Shown here piece by piece: positions 1 through 11,237 of a DNA stretch of 64,000 nt. Each line of letters begins with the position of its first letter. The stretch's first letter is position 1. The notes beneath the pieces are model-generated. The model saw nothing but the letters and a program-made list of their open reading frames with translations, had not been told where the DNA came from and made no database searches. The translations under genes and the position numbers were made by a program. Source of the DNA: the human T2T-CHM13v2.0 reference genome, Homo sapiens. The DNA lies in the NCBI RefSeq assembly GCF_009914755.1, contig NC_060935.1; one strand, written 5' to 3'.

Positions 1-480
1 CTCTGCCCAGGGCCCTATCCTACTGTGGCTGAGCTGGCATCCCAGAGGCAGGACAAAGTCCTCTTTATTCATCCCTCTCCTCTCTTCAAGCAGAAGGAAG
101 AGGTCTCTCCCAGAACTGTGAGCTGTGTTGCCTGGGCTTGGTAGAGAGGTGGTGCAAGCACTCTCTTGGCTGCTCTGGCTAGTGTCTCACTGGGATGTGT
201 GCCCCCCATGTCACTGGCTGTGAGCCCTGTACAGCACCAGGACTTGCAAGGAATTTCAGTCCTTTAAACCTAGACTGCCTTTCAAGTTTATTTACAATCC
301 CAGAGCACTTTAGCCCAAAATGGCAAGGCTTGCTGGGGCTTAGGTTTTGACTGCTGGAATGGGCAATTCCTTTTTGGCTAGGACTGGGTCTAAATGCTCC
401 CTCTGTGGGCTCTGGCTGAATTCTTCCTGGTGTTGCTTTTCGTTGTAACAGGGCAACACTGAGTTCTCTTCTCCCTAACC
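1..480 (-). mobile_element. Old L1 (L1M/L1PB-type) 5' UTR fragment
   Basis: GC-richer block with motifs recalled from antisense L1M 5' UTRs (cctagactgcctttcaagtttatt; ggctaggactgggtctaaatgctccctc). Confidence 0.55.
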
Positions 481-977
481 TCCTTATGTATCTGTGAGTT
501 CCAACCCTAAAAAGAAAAATAAAATAGAACATTGTGCCATATTCTAGGTAAACTAGAGTGGTATTGGGGATAGGAGTGTTTATTACTCATCTTTATGCAG
601 GGAATCCCTTTCACATATCACTCACTCAGTATTCACTGGATGAAGCTGAATTGCATTAATTAGTTTAAGCTAGGAATGTGTTGTCCTTCTAGGCTCTTCC
701 AATTTTCCTCAAGTATCAAGGCATTACAGATGACAATAAAGGATAATCTCTAAATTTGTTTAACTATAACTTGGACTGTTATTTTGTAACTATCATTTAT
801 ATTTAGTCTTATCTAGGTAATTAGTTATTATGGCAACTAGTATATTGATTCCCATGCCAAAGGAATTAGCTTTTAAATCTTAACTATTTTATTATATTGT
901 AGACTGGCACATTTTTGTTTGGGGTCTTTATGCATCTCTGTGGCTAAAAATTCTGAAAGAAAAAAAACCCATGCCTC

Positions 978-1132
978 TTATTTTACTTTATTTTATTTTA
1001 TTTATTTATTTTTTTTGAGACATGGTCTTTCTGTGTTGCTCAGGCTGGTCTCAAAAGTCTGGCCTCAAGTAATGCTCCCACCTCAGCCCCTAAGTGCTGG
1101 GTTTACAGGCATGATCCAGCATGCTCAGACCC
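978..1132 (-). mobile_element. Alu left monomer (FLAM-like)
   Basis: T-rich tail followed by gttgctcaggctggtctc...aagtgctgggtttacaggcatga. Confidence 0.8.
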
Positions 1133-1345
1133 AGCTCTCCTGAATTGTTTTATTTCACTTTTTAGTTCTTCAATTTTTCACTTAAATATATGGGGTGAAA
1201 AATACTATTGAATAATTAGATCTCTCTTATATGGAATCCAAATTCTTCTCCTCCATAATATTTACATATTTTCAATATGTTAATAAATACAATGTCCTAT
1301 ATAACTATGATCTTTAAGATATAAAGTTTTTTTTACCTTTATATC

Positions 1346-1385
1346 TTTTGTTTGCCAACTTCCAATTTTGTTTGCCAACTTCCAA
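1346..1385. repeat. Perfect 20-bp tandem duplication
   Basis: ttttgtttgccaacttccaa occurs at 1346-1365 and 1366-1385. Confidence 0.95.
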
Positions 1386-2177
1386 TTTTTTATTCATTGG
1401 ATTTTTAAATTTTATGTAAAAAGTAGTATTTCTCTATAGTAATTATGGACTAAGATCTTATGGTTTATTCACATTTGTTGATATTTTATGCTGTAAGCCA
1501 GTTGGCAGTAGGGATTGAGGTCATGTGATATTTTCCCCATTAAAGATGCCTTATATTCCTATAGTTTGTATGTATATATGTCTGCTTATATACATAGATA
1601 TAGTATATACAGAGCATTTTTATGTACATGAAGTCATTTATGCTATAAGTTGTATATATTAATGGATTTTCTTAAACTTCCAAGCTGCGAGTTTATTTTT
1701 TCCCCAGTTTTGGAGATAGACCAAATACTTTTTCACATAATTTTTATCTCAGTTTTTCTGCAGGGAACTTTTTTATATTAGCCAGTGTTTACAGCTGGTA
1801 TTATAAGATGAGAAAGTTGGGGGAAAGGAGAAGGAAAAAGGACTGTATTTATTTAAGAAACATTTTCAGTATAGTACTGTTTTTCTGAAACATGAAATAA
1901 ATATTTTATCCTCCACTGTCATTTTAGTGAAGCATGAAAGCTGAGGAAATACTGAGAAGTAATGGATGCTTACATTTTTTTTTCTTTGCAAGGGGTCAAA
2001 GCTCTTTCCTTTATATACCTGTGAAGTACAGAGGAACAGGTACTATTTCTCTTTTTGAGTTAAGGAAACTTAGGGAAGTGACCTATTTTACTTCAGGAAC
2101 TCAAGGAAGTTGTAAATGTTGATCCTAAGCCCTTAAGACCCTAGGCTATACATTAGTCAGCTGCACAGAGATTGTGG

Positions 2178-2355
2178 CAGAATCAGCTACTTAATTTGCA
2201 GGGCCCACTGCAAAATGAAATGTGGGATTCCTTGATCAAAAAATTATTAAGCGTTTGGAGATGATGACAACAGAGCAGTGAACCAATAGCAGGGTCTTTC
2301 TAAAGAGCAAGGTCCGGTGCACCTGCACAGATTACAAACACATGATGTTATTCCT
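2178..2355 (-). mobile_element. MER45A-like hAT DNA transposon relic
   Basis: gctacttaatttgcagggcccactgcaaaatgaaa...aattattaag...acctgcacag resembles the reverse complement of the recalled MER45A consensus. Confidence 0.7.
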
Positions 2356-2834
2356 ATCTTGTAAGCTTGGACCACCCCACCAGTAAGAGCTAGACACAAT
2401 TCCTGCTGTGGTTAAGCTGCAGATGGCAGTACTCTTAGCTATCAAAGGCAAGAGCCAGGAAAGAATGCAGAGGCAAGAACTCTGTTAGGCCAGAGAAACA
2501 AAGTGGGAGTGGGAGTACAAGCTTTGGTAGGGTGGGTACCCAGCTACTTAGGATTTCCTGAGGCACACTGGATCTGTAGTTTAGGACAGCACTCCACTTC
2601 TAAATGCACCTAGCAAGTAGACTTGACTCTCTTGATAACTGTCTGTTACTTAATGTTACTGTTTGTTACTTAATAACTGTCATGTTACTACATGCCATTT
2701 GCTAAAATATAGACCTCCTTTTTGAAGATTGAAAATGAGCTCAAATATCTGTTAAAACCAGATGACTCCCCAGTCACGTGTTTCAACAACAATCACAACA
2801 AAAGTTGTTTATACACTTCTGGTCACTAAGTTAA

Positions 2835-2950
2835 TCAATGAATATTTATTGAGCACTTATTATAAGTCATAAGCACTATTTTAGGCAGTAGAAAAATAGC
2901 AGTGGAGCAGGATAAACCCTTGACTTTAAGAAGTGCACATTCTAGTGGAG
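2835..2950 (-). mobile_element. L2 3' end fragment
   Basis: aatatttattgagcactta...acattctagtggag. Confidence 0.6.
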
Positions 2951-4627
2951 TCTACAGAAGTTAGAGAACTGCAATAAATTTTAAAATATACAATTTGGTT
3001 TTATTTTTTGAATTAAACTCTTTTTCTTTGTACTTGAAGAAAAATAAAAATAACTGTCAGAATCAAGATATATTTTTACCATAAAGAAAAAAAATCATGT
3101 TATAAAATATTAGGAAAAAAAGTAGGTTCCTAAGGGATAAGAATTTTTTTCTCCTCCTTCAGAATAGATTAAAATACCACAAATATAAAGGTCACATAAG
3201 TGACACTGCATTTGTGGGATATTTTTAACATGAAATTAAAGTAGGGATGATTCTGGCATTGTCCTTTTGTCAGATGTGGTATTTTGTAATATTTATCTTT
3301 TGCCATAAAATCATGTTTTGATTGCCATAAAATCACGTTATTACTTAGTAGGATTCATTTAATGTATTGTATTATTTTATAAGACTTTGTCACAGCCGGG
3401 TATTAAAAACAAAGAAACAAACAGAAAGCAAAACAAACAAACAAAAAAACCCAGATAGGATAACTATAATGTCTCTTGAGGGAAACAAGGGAAAAAAAAA
3501 GAAACCTACAACTTTGAAACATGGTTGAATGTTTGATAGCACATGTTAAGATCCTTTTGAATGCAGAAACAATTTTGAAACTCCATAAAATCCTTTATTT
3601 CTCATGACAGGAGAACACTAGACATTCCACAGATACTTCAAAATTTCTCCTTGGAACATCATACAATGAAACTTAAAAAATTAATAATAAACACTTATAT
3701 TTCCACATAGTCTGTGCACCTCCTTCCCTCATCCCTCACCATGTCATTATAACTTGGCAAGACTCTCTGTTTACCATTCACTAATGTCTTTTTCCCTTCT
3801 TGTTTTTTGCTTTAAAATTATTTAGCATTTATTTATGAAAGCTACAACAATACATACAAGAATGCTGTCTTTTTTATTCCTACATGATTTGCTATATTAA
3901 AACAAATTATGTGTTTATTATATTGTTGGGAGATACTTAAGTACTCCCAATCTAAGGCCACTGATTTTTACCATACAAGCTTTTTTTTTTTTTTTTTTTT
4001 TTAAACCAGTAGGTGGCCTTTCAATACTGAGTTAAAAACCTGCCTTCCGGTGAACTTTCAGTACCTTCACCACCTGATTACAGCCAAATGACCTGGGATG
4101 TCATACTTGAGTTTTTTTTGATGAATGATTTTATCATTGTCTGTCTTTAGATCTTATCCGTATTTCTTTGGTGGCAACAGTTACAACTAAGACAAAGTAA
4201 TCTGAGCTCTCTATTCTGTTTGTTTTTTGTGTTTTTATGCATATACCATATTGTTTTTATTACTATAGTCTTGAAATAAAGCTTGAAATCTGAAAGTAAA
4301 AAAAGAAAACAAAGTAAGGACAGTTTTAATGGGGTTTTAGGACAGAGATGGCCTATGCTATTTATCTTGAGTGTAGCTGAACATAATACAAAGCTCTCAA
4401 AATTAAAAGGAATTTTAGAATAATACGTGCCACTTTATGTGCCAAGAACAGCAAAACTGTTTGATTGGGCTGGCCTGAAGAACTTTACTGTATAGTAACA
4501 ACATTCACTACTCTAAGGACCTAGAGCATGGTACAGTTATGTCCACTTGAATGTTATGACAAGAGAAGGGATTAACGACATTTATTTGCCTGGTGTTAGG
4601 ACCCTAAATTATAAGCAGCCCCATTCC

Positions 4628-4628
<1 letters not shown>

Positions 4629-4662
<34 letters not shown>
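4629..4662. repeat. (AC)17 microsatellite
   Basis: Uninterrupted AC run. Confidence 0.95.
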
Positions 4663-4666
<4 letters not shown>

Positions 4667-4734
4667 TGATTTTTGTTTATTTTGAACCCCTTTTACAATG
4701 TCTACCTCTTTAACCATCTGATTTGCTTTGCATG

Positions 4735-5200
4735 ACATAGGGGCATGGAGTGAGCTAGGTAGGTTTCTGAACCCTGTGCTTTGACTATACTTAGTTAATC
4801 TCTTACCTGAATGAAAGCCTTAGGTTTCTCATCTGTGTAATAGAAATAAAAATACTTACCTTGTATGATTATTTTGTTTTGAAGTTTAAATGAGAAATAG
4901 ATGTTCTAAAAATTACTGATGTGATACTTTCTTAGCAAGTATTAATCTTCCCCCTTCCTTACCTTTCTCAGAGTTATGTTGTGAGGATTCAGTGAACTAA
5001 TGTGATATATCATGAGAGGTGAAGAGCATAGAATTTGAATCAGATCTGAATTCAAATCTTGGCCCTGCTACTTATCAACTGTGTGACACTGGGGTATTAT
5101 TTCATCTTTTAAAATACTTTTATTTTTAAATTTTAAAATGGGAATAATGATCCTAGTTCATGCAGTTTTTGTGAGGATAACGTAAAATGCATATAAATTT
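4735..5200 (+). mobile_element. Two MIR fragments
   Basis: MIR core motifs gtttctcatctgtgtaatag and ctgaattcaaatcttggccctgctactta...ttgtgaggat. Confidence 0.6.
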
Positions 5201-5984
5201 CTCTGGGCTAGACCTGGTGTTTTCCATACATTACTAAGCTATTATTAAAACACTACTCCAGTTAGTATCTGTAGTCTGACTTATGTTCAGCTTCTTTGAA
5301 GATATCTTCCAAACTAGATCATGAGTTTCTGGAGTGTTAGGAGCCGGATTTGACTCTACTGAATTCTGAAGAACCATTGAAGTAGTGCTAAGTGCATTAT
5401 GCTCATGTCTGTTCAACTTTTGGCCAGTAGAATAAATGCTCGGGGTTTTTTACCTACTTAGCTATCAGTCACTATCCTTCCGATGGCCAATAGGAGCAAA
5501 AGGTTTGGGTAAATTATTAATGTAAAGAAAGCTGAATCAAATTCACAGGTTGTCTAAGTATAATATCCCAGCAATTGTATTGTGTGACTGGAAACTTATA
5601 AATGATTAGTGACAAAAATGTGGCTCAATTTTGTATAATATTTATCAATTTATCTCATACATAGGCTGTATCTACTGTATTACTTTAAAAAAAAAGTATG
5701 TTTGTGTGTGGTCTACTACGATGTCATGTAATGCATGCCCCTGACGTGTACTGAATGCTCCCTAATGACTTCATGATGACTAGTTTTAAGGAAGAAAATA
5801 AAATTTAAAAAAGGAAGTGAGCATAAGCAAAGAGGGAAGAAAGGAAAGTGATCAGGACGAGGAGATGGCGAATACAACCAGAGACTGGCCTGGTCATTGC
5901 TTTCCTAACCTTCATATATGGATCTCTTAGTATCATTATACAGTTTTTGTTTAAAAATATTATTTTTGTAAAAGCATCATAGCC

Positions 5985-6226
5985 GTTATTTATTTATTTT
6001 TGAGATGGAGTTTTGCTCTTATTGTCCAGGCTGGAGTGCAATGGTGCGATCTCAGGCTCACCGCAACCTCCGCCTCCCGGGTTCAAGCAATTCTCCTGCC
6101 TCAGCCTCCCAAGTAGCTGGGATTACAGGCATGCAGCACCACACCTGGCTAATTTTGTATGTTTTTTAGTAGAGACGGGGCTTCTCCATGTTGGTCAGGC
6201 TGGTCTCGAACTCCTGACCTCAGGCA
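5985..6226 (-). mobile_element. AluS (Sp-like), 5' truncated
   Basis: Antisense Alu with ctccatgttggtcagg. It stops at ctcctgacctcaggc, so the first ~55 nt are missing. Confidence 0.9.
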
Positions 6227-7200
6227 ATTAAACTACTAAAATTAAGTATTTGGGAGCATGAAAGTTTAAAAAGCATGTACTGTAAGCCCACCAAAAACAG
6301 ATAATCTTGGAAATAAATTTTTCCTTAGCATTCTTTAAAATAATAAAATATACTGCAAAATTTTCAAGCATTTCCAAATCTTACTTTGTCATGCAATACT
6401 TGCTTATGCAGCAGTGACCTTGTTGATGCTGTGTACAATCTGTCATTTTATGCATTATCCCTACGAGATAGATGTTAACCACTTCTTGACAAGAAAGGCA
6501 GGACACAGAAAGTTGAATGGTTTGTCTTGGTTTCTCACAAAATAAGAAATAATCAGAATGAGATTTTTATGGTGTGGGCTCTCCTACCTGATTTATTATT
6601 TTGAACTTTTTATGTGGTTCTGTCTATGGAGAAATTGAAAAGTAAACAGATTTAGGGACTGATTGCTGTATATACATTGTTTTCAGACCATAGGAGAGAC
6701 AAGCTTCCAGTTCCAGTTATTTCTGTTTAACATTTCTCTGCAAATCCGCAAGGCTTGTTTTATCCAGGCTTGGCCAAGTTAAATATGTTCCCTGTATTTT
6801 TCCCTTATGTTTGGAGATCTAGCAAAATATTCCTCATTATACTGTTTATTGAAGTGAAAACTTGTATGTGATTGTATGAATGCCTAATAGTCTTGAAGTA
6901 AAGGCCGTCAAATTCAACAATGCCTGGAGAGATTGCATGTATTCTTTTCTACTGCATATTTATAGCATTTGTTTGGAGTGCCAAAATTTTTGTTTTAGTC
7001 CTATAGATAAGAATTTCTTAACATTTTTTAAGATTTTTCAATTTCTCCTAAACATAATACATAAGGAACACTTTTTAGATAAATGTTGTGTAAAGTTAGC
7101 AAAAAAAAAAACAAAAACAAAGACATTATTTTCTTTTACCGTGTCCCCTGATCTCAAATCTTTTCATTTCTCTGTTTGTTTTTTTTTAATTTAATTTTAG

Positions 7201-7417
7201 AGGGCTGCTGAAGTATCAAACTAATTTAGATACCAACCCTCCCGGCTGTATCAGTCTTAACTGAACCAGCTCTCAGAATATTTCCTTACCAGAGTATATC
7301 TCAGAACATTTTCATGAACCTTTCCCTGAAGGATTTTCAAAACTGGAAGAGTTTACCCAGAACACATTTGTGAAGATTTGTATGGAAGAGCCCAGATTCC
7401 AAGCTAATTTTCCACAG
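7201..7417 (+). pseudogene. NOX4P1: NOX4-like exon 9 (extracellular E-loop) with premature stop
   Basis: Acceptor ttaattttAG at 7199-7200, donor GTcaga at 7418. Frame from 7202 reads GLLKYQTNLDTNPPGCISLN*TSSQNISLPEYISEHFHEPFPEGFSKLEEFTQNTFVKICMEEPRFQANFPQ. Confidence 0.95.
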
Positions 7418-9356
7418 GTCAGATTAATTTTGTGTTTGATCTCCACAAAGTTTGTTTCCATTTGACTGATCAACATCACATATAAATGTGTTTTTCAAGC
7501 TATATATTCATGCATAATAGGATATTTCAGGATGTTTCAACAGTAAGTTAGTACCTATTATTCCATTACAGGTACTTGACAGTTGAATGCAAAAGATCTA
7601 TGGTATTAGAGGATATATAACATTTCTACTTAACTGACCATATGAGCTTTGCATACAACAGCACTGGTGCTTGCAGCCAAGAGATGACAAATATTTTTCC
7701 CATCATTTGAGAAAAGCTGATTTAATAATAAAAATAGTAGTAAAAAAACTACCACCAATATCACAAATTATTATTTTATTGTATTATAATATTATGTATA
7801 ATATTGTAAATAGTAAATAGCAAAATCAGTTGATTGAATGCTTAATATTATCTGCCAAGCATTGTGCTAAAATGTCCCGTATGCCTAATACAGAACACTT
7901 ATTAGACATACAGAATGTTTCTTGCAATATTCGCAATGACTATTTGAGGTAATTAATATCACCCTCGATTTTCTGATAAAGAAATTGTACTTACCTTAAT
8001 CAAAGTCTCCAAACCAGTAAGTGGCAGAGGAAGCATGTAAACACAGGTCTTTGACTAATATGCTTGCTCCTGGTAAACGTCCATAAGTATTCAGCAATTA
8101 GTTCAATAAGGGCCCTTATCTTCCTCTGTGCCTGTGAGAACTACCCCCATGCAAATTACACTGTTTATTCCTCATCTATAAAAAGTGGAAGTAGGAAATA
8201 GTGATGTCAAATGTCTCTATTGGAAGAGAAGAAAGAGAAGTCAAAAGCTAGAATGAATTTGTAGATGACTTTGGAATAGTGTATTAGTCATGTGTTTATT
8301 ATTATTAATAATAATCCTCTAGATCCCTACTAGTCTCTATAATTTTCAGAACTTTTCTGAGTTTCACATAATATTCACAAATATTAGACAGGGCAGGTAT
8401 GGTGACTCCCGTTTTGCTCATGTGGGACCTGACACTCAAAGAGTAAGTGATTATCTCAAAGGTGCAAGGCTGCTACATTGCAGACCTTGTCTTGCAATGC
8501 TACTCATAACACAGTGTGGGGCTAAATGTTATTATATGCAGAAGAGGCATGATCTGTCTGCATGAAAGAAAGAAGATTTGAAACAACTAGAGTGAGGCTT
8601 TAAAAAGTGACCATTAAGACAAGTTTTAGTTGGAGGCCTCAAAGGGATGTGAAAGATAAAGTGTGTAATTTTAAGAGAACAGTAAGCCACATAGGCTTCT
8701 GCACGTCCCAAAGTTTGCATGTGTCCTGGGATCAGGGCTAACCATGCAACACATATTCAAAATTGTCAGGTTTCCAAATTATAAATATTATTTTATGTTC
8801 TTATTATATTATATAAAAGTAAGTGGTAAACAACATGCCTAGCATAATGCATTTTTAAACATATGTGCTATACATATTTAACATATATACACATATGTAT
8901 GTATATTATGCATATACATTATGTACATTAAAAATCTAGGGTTTTCTTATTTAATAAACATTAGACTGTTACTTTATTTCTAAAATTATCCCCATATTTA
9001 TCGGAGATTGTTAACTTCCCTGTATTCTTTTATTAAATATGTTGTGTATATATATTACATATCTGTAGGCATAGAAAGGTGTATGAAAGAATATACACTT
9101 GTTTGTTCATGGATAGTTACACCCAGAGCATGAGAATGAGGGCAGGGTCTTGATATTACTTTGTGTTTTATTTTATACTTTTGTTTGTTTGAATGATAGT
9201 GAGCATCTATTGTTTTTTACTCATTTATTATATTTTCTTATTTAAAATACAAATTAAAATACTATTACTGTAATGTATGCAATGAGCAATTGGGCAGGGT
9301 GTAGATTTCTACAATACGAGTATTTCTTGAAGTATATTTTCAAAAATTTGTCTTAG

Positions 9357-9521
9357 ACTTGGCTTTGGATTTCTGGACCTTTGTGCCTGTACTGTGCTGA
9401 AAGACTTTACAGGTATATGCGGAGCAATAAGCCAGTCACCATCATTTTGGTCATAAGTCATCCCTCAGATGTCATGGAAATCCGAATGGTCAAAGAAAAT
9501 TTTAAAGCAAGACCTGGTCAG
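9357..9521 (+). pseudogene. NOX4P1: NOX4-like exon 10 (TM6 and start of the FAD-binding domain)
   Basis: Acceptor tcttAG, donor GTgagt. Translates to TWLWISGPLCLYCAERLYRYMRSNKPVTIILVISHPSDVMEIRMVKENFKARPGQ. Confidence 0.95.
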
Positions 9522-9656
9522 GTGAGTCAGTGGTCAGCAACTTTTTAAATAGCCTTTATCCTTATGTAATTTTTGGAATTTAGCAAACATAGCATCGTTG
9601 AAATAGTTGCAATTCTTAATTGGTCATTTAAAACTTATCCGTTTTTTGCTTTTTAG

Positions 9657-9719
9657 TATATTACTCTACATTGTCCCAGTATATCTGCATTAGAAAATCA
9701 TCCATTTACCCTCACAATG
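9657..9719 (+). pseudogene. NOX4P1: NOX4-like exon 11 (HPFT FAD-binding motif)
   Basis: Acceptor ttttAG, donor GTaaga, 135-bp upstream intron. Translates to YITLHCPSISALENHPFTLTM. Confidence 0.95.
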
Positions 9720-9971
9720 GTAAGAAACATATCTCGTGCTTTTTCACATTTGTAGGGTGCTATGCATCTTTTTCTTTTTTTGTGTCCTATCTCATTCTAA
9801 AAGGTATTCAAGGCTATCATAGTATTCTTGATGTTTAAGTAAGCCATCTTTTTACAAGGAAAATAGTTATCTGCTCAAGAACTTTGTAACTACTCTTTAT
9901 TATTTTTTGACACCTTACAATTCAGGAAGTAATGTATTAAAACATATTAAAGCTTGTTGATTCAAAATACA

Positions 9972-10269
<298 letters not shown>

Positions 10270-10579
10270 TTATATATATATATAATTTCTTGAATATTTA
10301 CTTTTCTCCTTTTATGGAGTATTTTAATGTATATGGAAATCTAATATATGCACAATTTTCTTTGGAGATGGAATTTAGGGGAAACACAGATACTCTGGGT
10401 TGAGGTGGAAGCATTAAACAAAACAGGCAGTGTTTAGAAAAGGTAAAATCCAGTGTAATGGGAGAGAGAATGGGAAGTAAAATTAGAAAAATCAAATGGA
10501 GTAAATAATGGCATGGGAGGGCATCTAGCTAAATAATGGACACCATCAAATATGATTAGCTAGTCAGCATATCATTTAA

Positions 10580-10940
10580 TATTATTATAAAAATAGCATG
10601 AGTTCATTATAAACATTTAGACAATTCACAGATATAAAATAAAATAGAAACTTAAAAAAAATTTTCCCCACTTTCCAATCCTTTTCTATACTGTTTGACA
10701 TATATCTTTCCAGATATTTTCCCATAAGCTTCTGCATACATGAGTTTCTAATATTTATTTGCTGGATCATATTGTTTTGTAACTGGCTCCTTTCACTCAA
10801 CTACATGTGATGGACATCTTTCCATATTACTGTATGTGCCTCATTCATGTTAATGACCGTATAATATTTCACAGTAGGAAAGTACTGTAATTTATTTAAT
10901 ATTCTCACTAATGTTGGATATTTGGACTTTATTCATTTTC
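10580..10940 (-). mobile_element. Old L1M 3' UTR fragment
   Basis: ttcactcaactacatgtgatggacatctttccat...taatgttggatatttgga. Confidence 0.5.
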
Positions 10941-11006
10941 TAAGAAAGATAATTGAGAGCAGAGACCACATGTTTAAATGTATATTTAAGAAAGATAGCA
11001 AAACTA

Positions 11007-11114
11007 TTTTATATATATGGTATGTATACATGCATACAGATGGAAACATGTTGTAAAGCATGTTGTAAAACATGTTCCCATCTGTCTGCATCTATACATC
11101 CCATATACATGAAA
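11007..11114. repeat. Quasi-palindrome with 46-bp arms and a 16-nt spacer
   Basis: 11007-11052 is the reverse complement of 11069-11114 at 40 of 46 positions (manual alignment). Confidence 0.9.
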
Positions 11115-11237
11115 TTGGTAACATGAAAATAGAAGGGAATGATTGAAAAGGGAGAAAATACACAAGTAAGTTTGTCTTTACTTAAATAACTTAAGAAGTT
11201 TTGCCTAATCCTGGGTTCATAAGAAATTTACTTCAGA

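Noticed and set aside
179-532. 117-aa ORF
   Set aside because: It lies in an old L1 5' UTR fragment and has no recognisable protein similarity.
7262-7264. TGA read as selenocysteine or programmed readthrough
   Set aside because: The position is Arg in NOX4, CpG decay explains the change, and I see no supporting recoding signal.
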